Of a stretch of DNA of 64,000 nucleotides, positions 19,417 to 28,303 are shown one piece after another. This DNA comes from an uncultured Gammaproteobacteria bacterium (GTDB taxonomy: Bacteria > Pseudomonadota > Gammaproteobacteria > Chromatiales > Chromatiaceae), in assembly GCA_963704155.1 (NCBI GenBank), contig CAVPHF010000041.1, positions 16,457 to 80,456 of the forward strand. Direction: 5' to 3'. The translations under genes were made by a program, and so were the position numbers. How positions within the stretch are numbered: the stretch's first letter is position 1; each line of letters opens with the position of its first letter. The notes under the pieces were generated by a model that was given only the letters and a program-made list of their open reading frames with translations, did no database searches and had not been told where the DNA came from.

Positions 19417-19573
19417 GGCGATTTCTGTCAAATCTCATACCAGCTGACTTGTCTTGACGCCCGCCTTCTGTGTCGCACCGCCAGTCACATAGCCCGGCTA
19501 TGCTCCTGGCAGCGCTTCTTGAAGGCGAGCCTCAATCCGGCGCCATCTGGTATGAGATCTTCCGGCAATCGCC
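19417..19573. repeat. Imperfect inverted repeat pair (27-nt arms, 103-nt spacer), REP/REPIN-like
   Basis: The left arm GGCGATTTCTGTCAAATCTCATACCAG (19417-19443) matches the reverse complement of the right arm CTGGTATGAGATCTTCCGGCAATCGCC (19547-19573) at 22 of 27 positions. Three CGCCTTCT(N)TGTC-like direct motifs occur at about 19392, 19462 and 19570. A third arm copy lies at 54491-54514. Confidence 0.6.
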
Positions 19574-19629
19574 TTCTATGTCTCGTCTGGACTGCGGCCA
19601 GACCTCAATAAAGGTGCCGAGGCAGCTCC

Positions 19630-19786
19630 TCGGATGAGAGAGCGAGTGCGCGACGCCGCCGAGGAAGCCGCCGCCATCGACAAACACATGCGTGAGAGAC
19701 GGATGCGCTAGGGCAATCGTGCTAACCAACGCCGGCAATACGGCAGCGGCCTGGCCGCTCGCGGCAGCCAGTGTCCGGCTGCTCAT
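19630..19786 (-). pseudogene. Truncated second HupE/UreJ-like gene (N-terminal ~52 codons only)
   Basis: The ORF starts with an ATGA overlap on the hupE stop (19783-19786). It encodes a signal-peptide-like segment plus ALAHPSLTHVFVDGGGFLGGVAHSLSHP, resembling the HupE N-terminus (AH...GFxxGxxHP). Similarity ends where the repeat-bearing region begins. Confidence 0.35.
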
Positions 19787-20433
19787 CCAGCGCCGAGCTG
19801 CCGAAACAAAAAATAGCCGCCCACCGCGGCAACCAGACCGCCGCCGACGCGGATCAGGCGGTCACCGGCGGGCCAGCGGTTGGCAGCGCCGATGACGATG
19901 CCGCACAGATGCAGCGCTCCGGTGGCGGCGACAAACCCACTCGCGTAGAGAATCGGAACGCCGAAATCCGGCAGCGCCGTGCCGTGGGCATGACCATGGA
20001 AGACGGCAAAGATTGCCACCAATGGCAGAGCGACCCAGAGCGGCGGCCGCACCTTGAACGCCACCATCAAGCCAAGCAGCAGACCCGACAGCGCAATCCC
20101 GGTTTCGACTTGCGGCAGTGCAAACCCGGTGACACCGAGCACGCCGCCGACCGCCATTATCAGTGGAAAGGCGATCGGCAGCAGCCAGATCGCCGGCGCA
20201 CCGAGCTGCGCGCCCCAGAGGCCGACCGCTACCATCGCGACGACATGGTCGATTCCGGAGACCGGGTGCAGCAGCCCGGAGACGAGTCCGCCATCGCCGG
20301 CGCGGCTGGACTCGACGTGGGCGGCAACGATCCGCGGCCAAAGCCACAGCAGGGCCGCGGCGAACAAGCCAATGGACCACCAGCGCGACTTCGGCAGCCG
20401 GCATCGCCGCCACTGTCGATCAACAAGACGCAT
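19783..20433 (-). CDS. hupE: HupE/UreJ family metal (Ni/Co-type) transporter
   Basis: Signal peptide ending ...IVAAHV, the signature GLVSGLLHPVSGIDHVVAMVAVGLW, and an internal FHGHAHG motif within 5-6 TM helices. Confidence 0.85.
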   Translation of the reverse strand: MRLVDRQWRRCRLPKSRWWSIGLFAAALLWLWPRIVAAHVESSRAGDGGLVSGLLHPVSGIDHVVAMVAVGLWGAQLGAPAIWLLPIAFPLIMAVGGVLGVTGFALPQVETGIALSGLLLGLMVAFKVRPPLWVALPLVAIFAVFHGHAHGTALPDFGVPILYASGFVAATGALHLCGIVIGAANRWPAGDRLIRVGGGLVAAVGGYFLFRQLGAG

Positions 20434-20445
20434 TCTGGACTGGCG

Positions 20446-21462
20446 TCAGAACAGCGCCGAAACGGTCAGGATCAGCCGGTAGCGTTCGGTTCCCTCGCCG
20501 CCCTGCTGCTCGTCCTGCTCGTTCAGATCCTTCCAGAGGACCGACTTGTAGCCCAGACCGACACTGACTCGATCCCAGTACAGACGCACACCTGGGAGCC
20601 CGTAGATCATGTCACCGCCGGTGGCCAGCTCGGATTCGCCATTGGTGCGGTCGCGCCCTAGATGCAGGTAGTGCGCCTCGATCGCCAGGTCGAGCCGCAA
20701 GCGGCGCTCGACGTTGGTGTAGAGACGGTAGACCAAGGAACTGTTTGCCCGCAGTTCTTCGCCGAACCGCGTCCGATTGCCGTCGGAGTAGCGATACTCT
20801 TGGAAGCCGATGTAGGACAACTCCTGATTGAAGGTGAGCTTGGTGCCGATCATCTTGGTCGCGGTCAGACCCAGTGCGTAGGCTGGATTGCCGAAGCCGG
20901 TCGACTTGCCAGGGTCGATCTCGCCGTTGCGGTCGCGCAGGTTCGGGTTGCCCGTCGGCAGTGAAAAGCCGCCGAATAGCGTGAAATGCCAGTCCTCCAG
21001 GTCGTCCAAACTTTCGTTCTCTGGGATCAGACGCAGCCCCTGGTCGTACTTGAAGCCGAACTGTCCGAAGAGATTGACGTCGGCAAAGCCATGGGTGTCG
21101 AAACCGCCGTCCTCGTCCACCTTGCTGTGATAGGGCAAAAAGACGTAACCGGACAGCCAGGACTGGAACCCGTACCCGATGCCGAGCATCCAGTAGTTGG
21201 CGTAATCGCTTTCCGGGTTTTTCGGGTCCGGATCGAAGGTCTTGTATTTGGCATGATCGAGCTTGGCGTAGAGCAATGTGCTGCCCTTTGGCAAGGTAGC
21301 CGAGGTCGCCATCTCGATGGGTGCACCGGGGCCTTCCAGCGCCGCCGCGCCGAGACCGGCCACGCCATGATGGGCAGCGGCCTTGCCGCTGCCGAGCGCC
21401 AGCAAGGCCAGCGCAATGATCCTCCGCCCGTTGCGTGCTCGGCCGAGTGCGCGGTTCCTCAT
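20446..21462 (-). CDS. Outer-membrane beta-barrel 'transporter' family protein (MetA-pathway-like OMP)
   Basis: Signal peptide (IIALALLALGSGKAAA), alternating amphipathic strands and a terminal ...LILTVSALF. ATGA overlap with the upstream DUF4198 gene. Confidence 0.7.
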   Translation of the reverse strand: MRNRALGRARNGRRIIALALLALGSGKAAAHHGVAGLGAAALEGPGAPIEMATSATLPKGSTLLYAKLDHAKYKTFDPDPKNPESDYANYWMLGIGYGFQSWLSGYVFLPYHSKVDEDGGFDTHGFADVNLFGQFGFKYDQGLRLIPENESLDDLEDWHFTLFGGFSLPTGNPNLRDRNGEIDPGKSTGFGNPAYALGLTATKMIGTKLTFNQELSYIGFQEYRYSDGNRTRFGEELRANSSLVYRLYTNVERRLRLDLAIEAHYLHLGRDRTNGESELATGGDMIYGLPGVRLYWDRVSVGLGYKSVLWKDLNEQDEQQGGEGTERYRLILTVSALF

Positions 21463-22175
21463 GGCTGGCGCCCTCTAGGCAGTTCGAAGATAAGGGCCGC
21501 GGAGCGCACCAGCTTGTCAGTGCCGGGCTCCGTGGAAGGCTCGTCGATACTGGCGGAGATGACCTGGGTGCCGCCGTGACGAAGACGGATGTTGATCCGC
21601 CCATCGCGGCCCGTCATGCCACGTGTACTGCCGTCGTAGGCGACTGCGACACCCTCACGCGGTTGCCTCTTCCAGGTCACCTGCAGGCGCAGCTTATCGC
21701 CGGGGTGAAGTCGCCGCGGATCATCGCGGCTGACCAATTCCAGCCCGTCAGACAGCGGACGCTCCAGCGCCGGCATCCAGGTTTCGATCAGCTTCACGCC
21801 CTCGATTGCCTGCCAGCTCCGAAGCGCACCCTTGACCTCGTTGCGCGGCTGGTTCTTCGTGCCGAGCAGGGTCTGCGTCCAATGCCCGGAGTCGGCCTCG
21901 ACCAGCACCGCCGCACATGGCCCGGAGATGCGCAGCGGATAAACCGCTTCGGGTGTCACGCGTTTGGTCCGGCCCGACGCGGTGACACAAAGGACACGCT
22001 GAACGATGGCGGAATCATAGGGTACGATCGCCTCGCCCTTGTGCTGCGAAAAGCGATGACCACGAAAGAGCAGATAATCCGAGCCGTCGGCCTCGAGCCA
22101 GTAGTCGTGCGCGGCGGCAGCCGAGGTGAGCAATAGTAGACCGACCGCAACGACGGATAGCAAAGGGCGTCTCAT
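21459..22175 (-). CDS. DUF4198 periplasmic metal-uptake-associated protein
   Basis: Signal peptide followed immediately by the family hallmark AHDYWLE, then a beta-rich body with a C-terminal Ig-like segment (GDKLRLQVTWKRQPREGVAV). Confidence 0.75.
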   Translation of the reverse strand: MRRPLLSVVAVGLLLLTSAAAAHDYWLEADGSDYLLFRGHRFSQHKGEAIVPYDSAIVQRVLCVTASGRTKRVTPEAVYPLRISGPCAAVLVEADSGHWTQTLLGTKNQPRNEVKGALRSWQAIEGVKLIETWMPALERPLSDGLELVSRDDPRRLHPGDKLRLQVTWKRQPREGVAVAYDGSTRGMTGRDGRINIRLRHGGTQVISASIDEPSTEPGTDKLVRSAALIFELPRGRQP

Positions 22176-22180
22176 GCGCG

Positions 22181-22207
22181 ACCTCGCCGAATATGACGTT
22201 TTTATTT
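22181..22207. promoter_or_regulatory. Palindromic operator candidate (NikR-operator-like)
   Basis: ATATGA-N15-TCATAC; the extended palindrome is TATGACG-N11-CGTCATA (22182-22206) with a T-rich centre. It lies 6 nt upstream of the DUF4198 ATG. The E. coli NikR operator is GTATGA-N16-TCATAC, so the spacing differs by 1 and one arm base differs. Confidence 0.4.
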
Positions 22208-22380
22208 TTCGTCATACTAGCCTTGGCGTCGCCGTGAACGCAACCCGTTCGTAACGGTCCAGAGGAAACGAGGAATGCGCGAGTTCGAGATGCTAGGCTT
22301 TGGCGATGACACCAAGCAATCGATATAGACGCGAAACGGAGCACCATGCGATGGGTCCGCCCAAGATCGACAGGAGAACC

Positions 22381-23568
22381 ATGATGCAGACAAGAACAGA
22401 GCCTAGTCGTAACCGCGGCGCCGCCGTCGCGGCGCTGGTCGCCGTGTCGCTGGCCGGCTGCTCGCCGCAGGTCGGCTCGATCGAAGCGAGCGGCGATGTG
22501 CCGGAGGCCAGCGGTTGGCGCAGCGAGCTGGTGACAGGCGGACTGGTCCATCCCTGGTCCATCGCCTGGCTTCCGGACGGCTCGGCGCTGATCACCGAGC
22601 GACCGGGCAGACTGCGTCTGCTCAGCGACGATGGCCGGCTCGACCCGGAACCGATCAGTGGCCTACCCAAAGTGTGCACCGACTGCGGCCAGGGTGGACT
22701 GCTGGATGTCGCACTGCATCCCGACTTCGCGCAAAACCGGCTGGTCTACCTGACCTTCGCCGAGGGCACCCGCGATGCGAACCGCACTGCACTGGCGAGA
22801 GGGCGGCTCGACGGCAAGCGGCTGCGCGATGTCGAGGTGGTCTTCCGCAATGCCGACAGCAAATCCGGCGGTCAGCACTTCGGTTCGCGCCTGGTCTGGC
22901 TCGCCGACAAGACCTTGCTGATGAGTATCGGTGACGGCGGCAATCCGCCGACGGCCTTCGACGGCGACGTCATCCGCAAGCAGGCGCAGAACCTCGGCAC
23001 CCACTTCGGTAAGGTCGTGCGCCTGACCGAGGATGGCGGGACGCCGCCGGACAATCCCTTTGTCGACGAGCCCGGCGCCAAACCCGAGATCTACAGCTAC
23101 GGTCACCGGAATATCCAGGGCATGGTGCGCGACGCGGCCAGCGGGCAAGTCTGGGCCAACGAGCACGGCTCACGCGGCGGCGACGAGCTGAATCGGATCG
23201 AGGCCGGCAACAACTACGGCTGGCCCGAGGTCACCTACAGCATGGAATATTCCGGACCGCGCATCTCAGATGAAACCAGCCGTCCCGGCGTCACCCAGCC
23301 GGTTGTGGTGTGGACGCCGTCGAAGGCGCCGAGCGGCTTGGCCGTCTATACGGGCCCGGAGTTTCCCGCCTGGCAGGGCGACCTGTTCAGCGGCGCACTC
23401 AAATTCCAAGAGGTGCGATGGCTCGACCTCGAGGGTGGGCGCATCGTCGGCGAACAGAAGCTCAGCATTGGCCAACGCGTGCGCGACGTCCGCCAGGGCC
23501 CGGACGGGGGCCTCTACGTATTGACTGATGAGGCAGACGGGCAACTACTGCGGATCGTGCCGGATTAA
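22381..23568 (+). CDS. PQQ-dependent soluble sugar (aldose/sorbosone) dehydrogenase, lipoprotein
   Basis: The ATG at 22381 is preceded by AGGAG, and there is a lipobox LAGC. YliI/sGDH-type beta-propeller motifs are present (GLVHPWSIAWLPDGSALITERPGRLRLL, GGLLDVALHPDF, YSYGHRNIQG, DELNRIEAGNNYGWP). Confidence 0.85.
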   Translation: MMQTRTEPSRNRGAAVAALVAVSLAGCSPQVGSIEASGDVPEASGWRSELVTGGLVHPWSIAWLPDGSALITERPGRLRLLSDDGRLDPEPISGLPKVCTDCGQGGLLDVALHPDFAQNRLVYLTFAEGTRDANRTALARGRLDGKRLRDVEVVFRNADSKSGGQHFGSRLVWLADKTLLMSIGDGGNPPTAFDGDVIRKQAQNLGTHFGKVVRLTEDGGTPPDNPFVDEPGAKPEIYSYGHRNIQGMVRDAASGQVWANEHGSRGGDELNRIEAGNNYGWPEVTYSMEYSGPRISDETSRPGVTQPVVVWTPSKAPSGLAVYTGPEFPAWQGDLFSGALKFQEVRWLDLEGGRIVGEQKLSIGQRVRDVRQGPDGGLYVLTDEADGQLLRIVPD

Positions 23569-23668
23569 GCTGCTTGAGGCCGGAGGAGTTGTTTGGATGC
23601 CTCAGGTCTAGGTCGACTCAAAGGCTAGAGTAGAGAGAGCACCGCGTACCGAGCACCGAGGGCTGAGG

Positions 23669-25231
23669 TCAGCCGCCTGGCATTGTGCCCTCGGCTAACG
23701 CGGCGGAACTACCGCCGAACTGCGCCACCAACTCCAGCATGGCGCGCGCCTTGATGGCGATCTCGTCCCACTCGGCCTCGCAGCGCGAGTCGGCCACTAG
23801 ACCGCCGCCAGCCAAGAAGGTCAGGCGCGCCTCGCCACGCGGCCCTCCGACAGCCGCGCCCTCGACCGACAAGGTTCGGATGGCGATGTTGCTGTCCATG
23901 GCGCCGTCGAAGCCCAGGTAGCCGATACTGCCGCAATAGACGCCGCGCGCCTCGCCCTCAAGCTCATCAATGATCTGCATGGCCCGCAGTTTGGGCGCAC
24001 CGGTGATGGAACCGCCCGGAAAGCAGCAGCGCAGCAAGGTCAAGGCATCGGCATCCGACCGCAGGCGGCCGTTCACCGTGCTGACCAGATGGTGCACGCC
24101 GGCGAAGGACTCCACATCGAAGAGACGCGGTACCTGCACGCTGCCGAGCGCGCAGCAACGGCCGAGGTCGTTCCTCAGCAGGTCCACGATCATGAGGTTC
24201 TCGGCGCGGTCCTTGAGGCTTGCAGCAAGCGCGGCGGCCAGCGCGCGGTCGCGCACTGGGTCACTGTCGCGGCGCATCGTGCCCTTGATCGGATCGGTGG
24301 CGACCGCGCCGTCGCGCACCGCCAGGAATCGCTCAGGTGAAGCGCTCAACACGACCATGCCCGGCGTGTTCAGATAGGCGGCGAAGGGCGCTGGGTTGAT
24401 CGCGCGCAGGTGCAGGTAGGCTCGCCACGGATCGCCGCGTACCGGCGCGGAAAAGCGACGCGCCAGGTTAACCTGATAGCAATCTCCGGCCTGGATATAG
24501 CGCTGGGCTCGGTCGAAACGCTCGCGGTAGGCGGCGCGATCGAGATTGCTGGTCAACTCACCGACGACAGCGAACGGGCCGGGTTCCACCGCTGAGCGAA
24601 GCCGCGTGCCTTGTCCGGTGCCGGCCAAGGCCGCCGCGCGCAGCCGCAGACGGCCCGGATGCCCCTGCGCGCTCAGGCCCGATGCCGCCCAGCCGACCAG
24701 CCGCGTGCTCTGCTCGACATGGTCGGTTACCAGCGCCCAGTCATAGATGCCAACGGCCATCTGCGGCCGCTCAATAGGCAGCGCGGACCTCAGGCCAAGC
24801 CGCTCGAAGCGGCGCGCGAGATCATAACCGTACCAGCCGATGGCACCGCCGATGAAGGGCAGCGCAGGGTGCGCCGCCCGAACCGGACCGAGCGCCTCTC
24901 GCAAGACGTCGAGCGGGTCGGCATCGCTATGGCGGATTCCGCGGGCGGAGTGCAAGCGGGTGAGCGGGCCATTGCTGGTGAGCGTGACTCGCGGGAGAGC
25001 GACCAGGATATCGAAGCGTCCACCCCCGGCGCCGCCGGCACCGCTGTCGAGCAACATCGACCAGGGCTCGGCGGCGATCTCGGCAAAGGCCTCGGCACTG
25101 TCGCGCCGGTACGGCAAGGATTCGACAAAGAGGCGCGGCGTTTCGCTGTCGCAGACGGCGGATGACCTCTGTCTACAGGCTGCCGCGGCCCCTGAGCCCC
25201 CGGCCGCCTGAGCCCCCGGCGAGGCCGGCAT
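23669..25231 (-). CDS. pabB: Aminodeoxychorismate synthase component I (PabB; chorismate-binding enzyme family)
   Basis: Chorismate-binding domain motifs (SPERFL, PKLRAMQIIDELE, RGVYCGSIGYLGFDGAMDSNIAIRT). PabB versus TrpE is judged from length and lack of a trp context. The start is uncertain: ATG 25231 preferred over the TTG at 25252. Confidence 0.8.
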   Translation of the reverse strand: MPASPGAQAAGGSGAAAACRQRSSAVCDSETPRLFVESLPYRRDSAEAFAEIAAEPWSMLLDSGAGGAGGGRFDILVALPRVTLTSNGPLTRLHSARGIRHSDADPLDVLREALGPVRAAHPALPFIGGAIGWYGYDLARRFERLGLRSALPIERPQMAVGIYDWALVTDHVEQSTRLVGWAASGLSAQGHPGRLRLRAAALAGTGQGTRLRSAVEPGPFAVVGELTSNLDRAAYRERFDRAQRYIQAGDCYQVNLARRFSAPVRGDPWRAYLHLRAINPAPFAAYLNTPGMVVLSASPERFLAVRDGAVATDPIKGTMRRDSDPVRDRALAAALAASLKDRAENLMIVDLLRNDLGRCCALGSVQVPRLFDVESFAGVHHLVSTVNGRLRSDADALTLLRCCFPGGSITGAPKLRAMQIIDELEGEARGVYCGSIGYLGFDGAMDSNIAIRTLSVEGAAVGGPRGEARLTFLAGGGLVADSRCEAEWDEIAIKARAMLELVAQFGGSSAALAEGTMPGG

Positions 25232-25244
25232 CGGCCAGGACTCG

Positions 25245-26714
25245 CTAGCCAACGCGAATGTGCTGGTAGATGTCGAGATAACGCTGCGCCGGCCGGCCCC
25301 AGGAATTGTCCATGCGCATGCCGTTCAGGCGCAGCTGGCGGAAGTAGTCCGGGTGTTGCTTCCAGAGACCGATCGCGCGCCCAAGGGCGGACTCCAGTCC
25401 GGCATAGGTCGGATCATCGAAGACGTAGCCATTGCGCTCGGCGAACGGGCGATCGCTGTAATTTGCGTCGAACACCGTGTCGGCCAGACCGCCGACCCGC
25501 CGCGCCACCGGCACACAGCCATACTTCATAGCAATCATCTGCGTCAGCCCGCAGGGCTCATAGAGGCTGGGGATCAGGATGAGGTCGGCGCCTGCATAGA
25601 TCAGGTGTGCCAATTCCTCGTCGTAACCCACCTCTAGATGGCAGTCGGCGTTGCCATCCATGTCTTGCTGGATACGCTCAAAGTCGGCATGCACGGCGGG
25701 GTCCATCGCGCTGCCCAGCAGCACGACCTGGCAGCCCTGCTCCAGTGCGTAGAAGATGCCGTGACGAATCAATTCAACGCCCTTTTGCCGCTCAAGCCGG
25801 GTAACGACGGCGACCAGCGGCTTGCGCGTGTCCGCAAGGCCGGTGCGCTCGCGCAGCGCAACCCGGCAGTCCGCCTTTCGCTCCAGGTCATCCGGACCAA
25901 AGTGACAGGGGATCAGCGGGTCGGTCAGCGGGTTCCAGGTCGCGTAATCGATGCCGTTCAATACACCGCCGAACTTGTGGTCGTGACGCCGCAGCACCTC
26001 TTGCAGACCGACGCCTTGCTCGGTGTGCTGGATCTCCCAAGCGTAGCGCGGCGATACCGTGGTGACGAAGTTCGAGAACACGATCCCGCCCTTCAGCAGG
26101 TTGACCTCATTGGGATTGCCCGCGTCCTGGAGCCGGTCCGGGGTCATCAACCGGCTCACGTCGAGACCGTTCATGTGCAGCACTTGGGGGCCCGTCCACC
26201 CCTGATAGCCAAGGTTATGCAGCGAGAAGCAAACCCGTGTAGCGTCCATGCCGAGCCGGGCATAGATCTCGAACAACAAGACAGGTATCAGACCCGTCTG
26301 CCAGTCGTTGCAATGGATGATGTCCGGGCGCCTGCCGCTCTTGAACAGAAATTCCATCAATGCCCGCGAAAAGAACGCAAAGCGCTCGTGATCATCGGAC
26401 TCGCCGTAGATCCGCCCACGGTTGAAGAACGCATGCTCGGAATGCGATTCGATGAAGAAGCAGCTCAGACCATCGACCTCGCCATGCTCAACGTCGCAAC
26501 GGATCTGGCGGTCATAAAACGGCACCCACAGATCCGTGAATACCCTTTGCAAGCCTTGCACATGGTCGAGGCGCATGCTGTCGTACTTGGGCAGAACGAT
26601 CTCCACCGATTGACCGCGAAGCGCCAGCTCGCGCGATAGGCCGTGCGCGAAGTCGCCGAGTCCACCGGCCTTGGCAACGGGTGCACACTCTGGGCTGGCC
26701 ATGATGATCTGCAT
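25245..26714 (-). CDS. glgA: Glycogen (starch) synthase GlgA
   Basis: N-terminal MQIIMASPECAPVAKAGGLGD (KxGGL motif) with a GT5 two-domain layout. ATG at 26714. Confidence 0.92.
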   Translation of the reverse strand: MQIIMASPECAPVAKAGGLGDFAHGLSRELALRGQSVEIVLPKYDSMRLDHVQGLQRVFTDLWVPFYDRQIRCDVEHGEVDGLSCFFIESHSEHAFFNRGRIYGESDDHERFAFFSRALMEFLFKSGRRPDIIHCNDWQTGLIPVLLFEIYARLGMDATRVCFSLHNLGYQGWTGPQVLHMNGLDVSRLMTPDRLQDAGNPNEVNLLKGGIVFSNFVTTVSPRYAWEIQHTEQGVGLQEVLRRHDHKFGGVLNGIDYATWNPLTDPLIPCHFGPDDLERKADCRVALRERTGLADTRKPLVAVVTRLERQKGVELIRHGIFYALEQGCQVVLLGSAMDPAVHADFERIQQDMDGNADCHLEVGYDEELAHLIYAGADLILIPSLYEPCGLTQMIAMKYGCVPVARRVGGLADTVFDANYSDRPFAERNGYVFDDPTYAGLESALGRAIGLWKQHPDYFRQLRLNGMRMDNSWGRPAQRYLDIYQHIRVG

Positions 26715-26860
26715 GCAGCTATCCTGGATTGGATGTCTAGTCAATTGAGTGCTGCCGAGCCTCGACGGACGGTCCGGGCACCGCGGCTACTGGGATACCG
26801 GCTTAGCCATTTGCTTGAATCCATTCTCTGGGCTCTGCTCGGACCGCAGCGGGAACCGGC

Positions 26861-27955
26861 TCAGATGTCGGACTCGCCATCTTCGCGCTCGCGGGCGACC
26901 ACCGGCAGTTCGGGCAAGCCAGATAACAAGGTCATGACCAAGTCCGGATCATCGATTGGCAGTCGAAAAACAAAGCGCCCGCCGCTGCCGATCTGATACC
27001 GATGGCCGCCGAGGTCCAGAAACGCGCCCGGTGCGCCGCTTCCGGAAACCACCAGTTCGGCATGGATCTCGGCACCGTCATCCGCGTGCGCACGACGTAT
27101 CGGTCCGCTGCCGGCCCGAATTCGACCAGACGGCCCATCGATTCCCGGGGCCTCCACGACGCCATCGGCTCCATCGACCTCATGGCCAATTGCCTGCTCG
27201 ACCGTCGTCGGCACAGTCGTGTCCCCGCTGCTCACAGGGTCCGGCATCCGATCGAATTGGCCCTCCGAACCGATGCCGGCGTCGACCCGATCGAATACAG
27301 ATTGGTCCGAAGCTTGATCCGCCAGGGCACGAAAGGCCTCTAGGCGGGGTTCTACTCGGCCGATCACATCCGCGGCCGGGCGAGCCTGACGCACGTCCAT
27401 CGCGGGTAACAGTGGCGGCTCGACATCCGCTGTCGGCGACGCATGCAGAAAAGCAGCCCCAACCGGTCTGGCCGCCTGCAGGCGATTGGAGCGCGCCACG
27501 AGCACCCAACCGCCAGTGGGACTGATCAAGCCGATCTCCGCCATCAGCAATCCTTCGCCGCCTTGATCATAGCGTGCGACACCATCAGCCCCGGCCTCGT
27601 CCGCCGGCAAGGGCGCGTCGGCAATCATCAGGGCCTTGCCGCCATCATCCACTTTCAGCAGGCGTAATTGCGCCATCGGCGACGCTGCGTTGCCAAAGAC
27701 CGCCCGGGCGTGCTCGAGTGCCTCGGGTTGCAGGTGCCAGCGTAGATCCAGACCGCCGCTTTCCGTTTGGTACAGCACGAAACGGGTAACGTCCGAGGTT
27801 TCCGGAAACGCCCTCGAGTCCGGCTCGCCGGTCGCTGCGATCAGCGTCCGATCATTTGGCGGCTCGGCCAGCGAATCGCCAGACAGGTTCTCTACGTCCG
27901 GCACAGGCACCGGACCCCGCTCAATCGGCACGCCCGCACCCCCATCCCGCGGCAT
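26861..27955 (-). CDS. DUF4912-like protein
   Basis: N-terminal segment RFVLYQTESGGLDLRWHLQPEALEHA, a low-complexity acidic middle, and a C-terminal beta segment AELVVSGSGAPGAFLDLGGHRYQIGSGGRFVFRLPIDD. This resembles the DUF4912 layout often found next to glucan genes. Recalled by pattern only. Confidence 0.5.
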   Translation of the reverse strand: MPRDGGAGVPIERGPVPVPDVENLSGDSLAEPPNDRTLIAATGEPDSRAFPETSDVTRFVLYQTESGGLDLRWHLQPEALEHARAVFGNAASPMAQLRLLKVDDGGKALMIADAPLPADEAGADGVARYDQGGEGLLMAEIGLISPTGGWVLVARSNRLQAARPVGAAFLHASPTADVEPPLLPAMDVRQARPAADVIGRVEPRLEAFRALADQASDQSVFDRVDAGIGSEGQFDRMPDPVSSGDTTVPTTVEQAIGHEVDGADGVVEAPGIDGPSGRIRAGSGPIRRAHADDGAEIHAELVVSGSGAPGAFLDLGGHRYQIGSGGRFVFRLPIDDPDLVMTLLSGLPELPVVAREREDGESDI

Positions 27956-28282
27956 CCGCGGACGGCTTGCTCAATATCGACTCCCGGGTGAATGCGGCAA
28001 GACAGTGGTCGCGATCATCGAATCGGTAACAAACGGCGGACAAGCCTGTAATTGTGCCTGATCATATGGGGAAAAGACCATCGGCGCGGCACCGACAGTG
28101 CGGCCAAAGCCGTTTGTTCGGTCCAGCCCCGACGGTCGCAGCAGCAAGCTCACACGGGTGGCATGGCGGCTGTCGATGGAAACGCCGAGCCGCCATCGCG
28201 GACGCCGGCTCCCGGCGGATAACGCCGGCCGGGCCATTAGAGCCGCTAGGCGCTAGGAGCCATGCCTGCCAATTGCCCTTCC

Positions 28283-28303
28283 TAGCCGCTAGCCGCTAGC
28301 CGC
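28283..28303. repeat. Tandem heptamer (TAGCCGC)x3 abutting the ppk2 stop codon
   Basis: cc-TAGCCGC-TAGCCGC-TAGCCGC-TAA read directly. A related GCCGCTAGGCGCTAGGAGCC lies about 35 nt upstream. Confidence 0.8.

Noticed and set aside
23569-23668. Rho-independent terminator between the convergent sugar dehydrogenase and pabB genes (TGAGGC...GCCTCA).
   Set aside because: The stem is only 6 bp with an 18-nt loop and no U-tract, which is too weak to annotate.
28283-28303. Heptamer array considered as a CRISPR or other long tandem array.
   Set aside because: It has only three 7-nt units, no spacers and no nearby cas genes.
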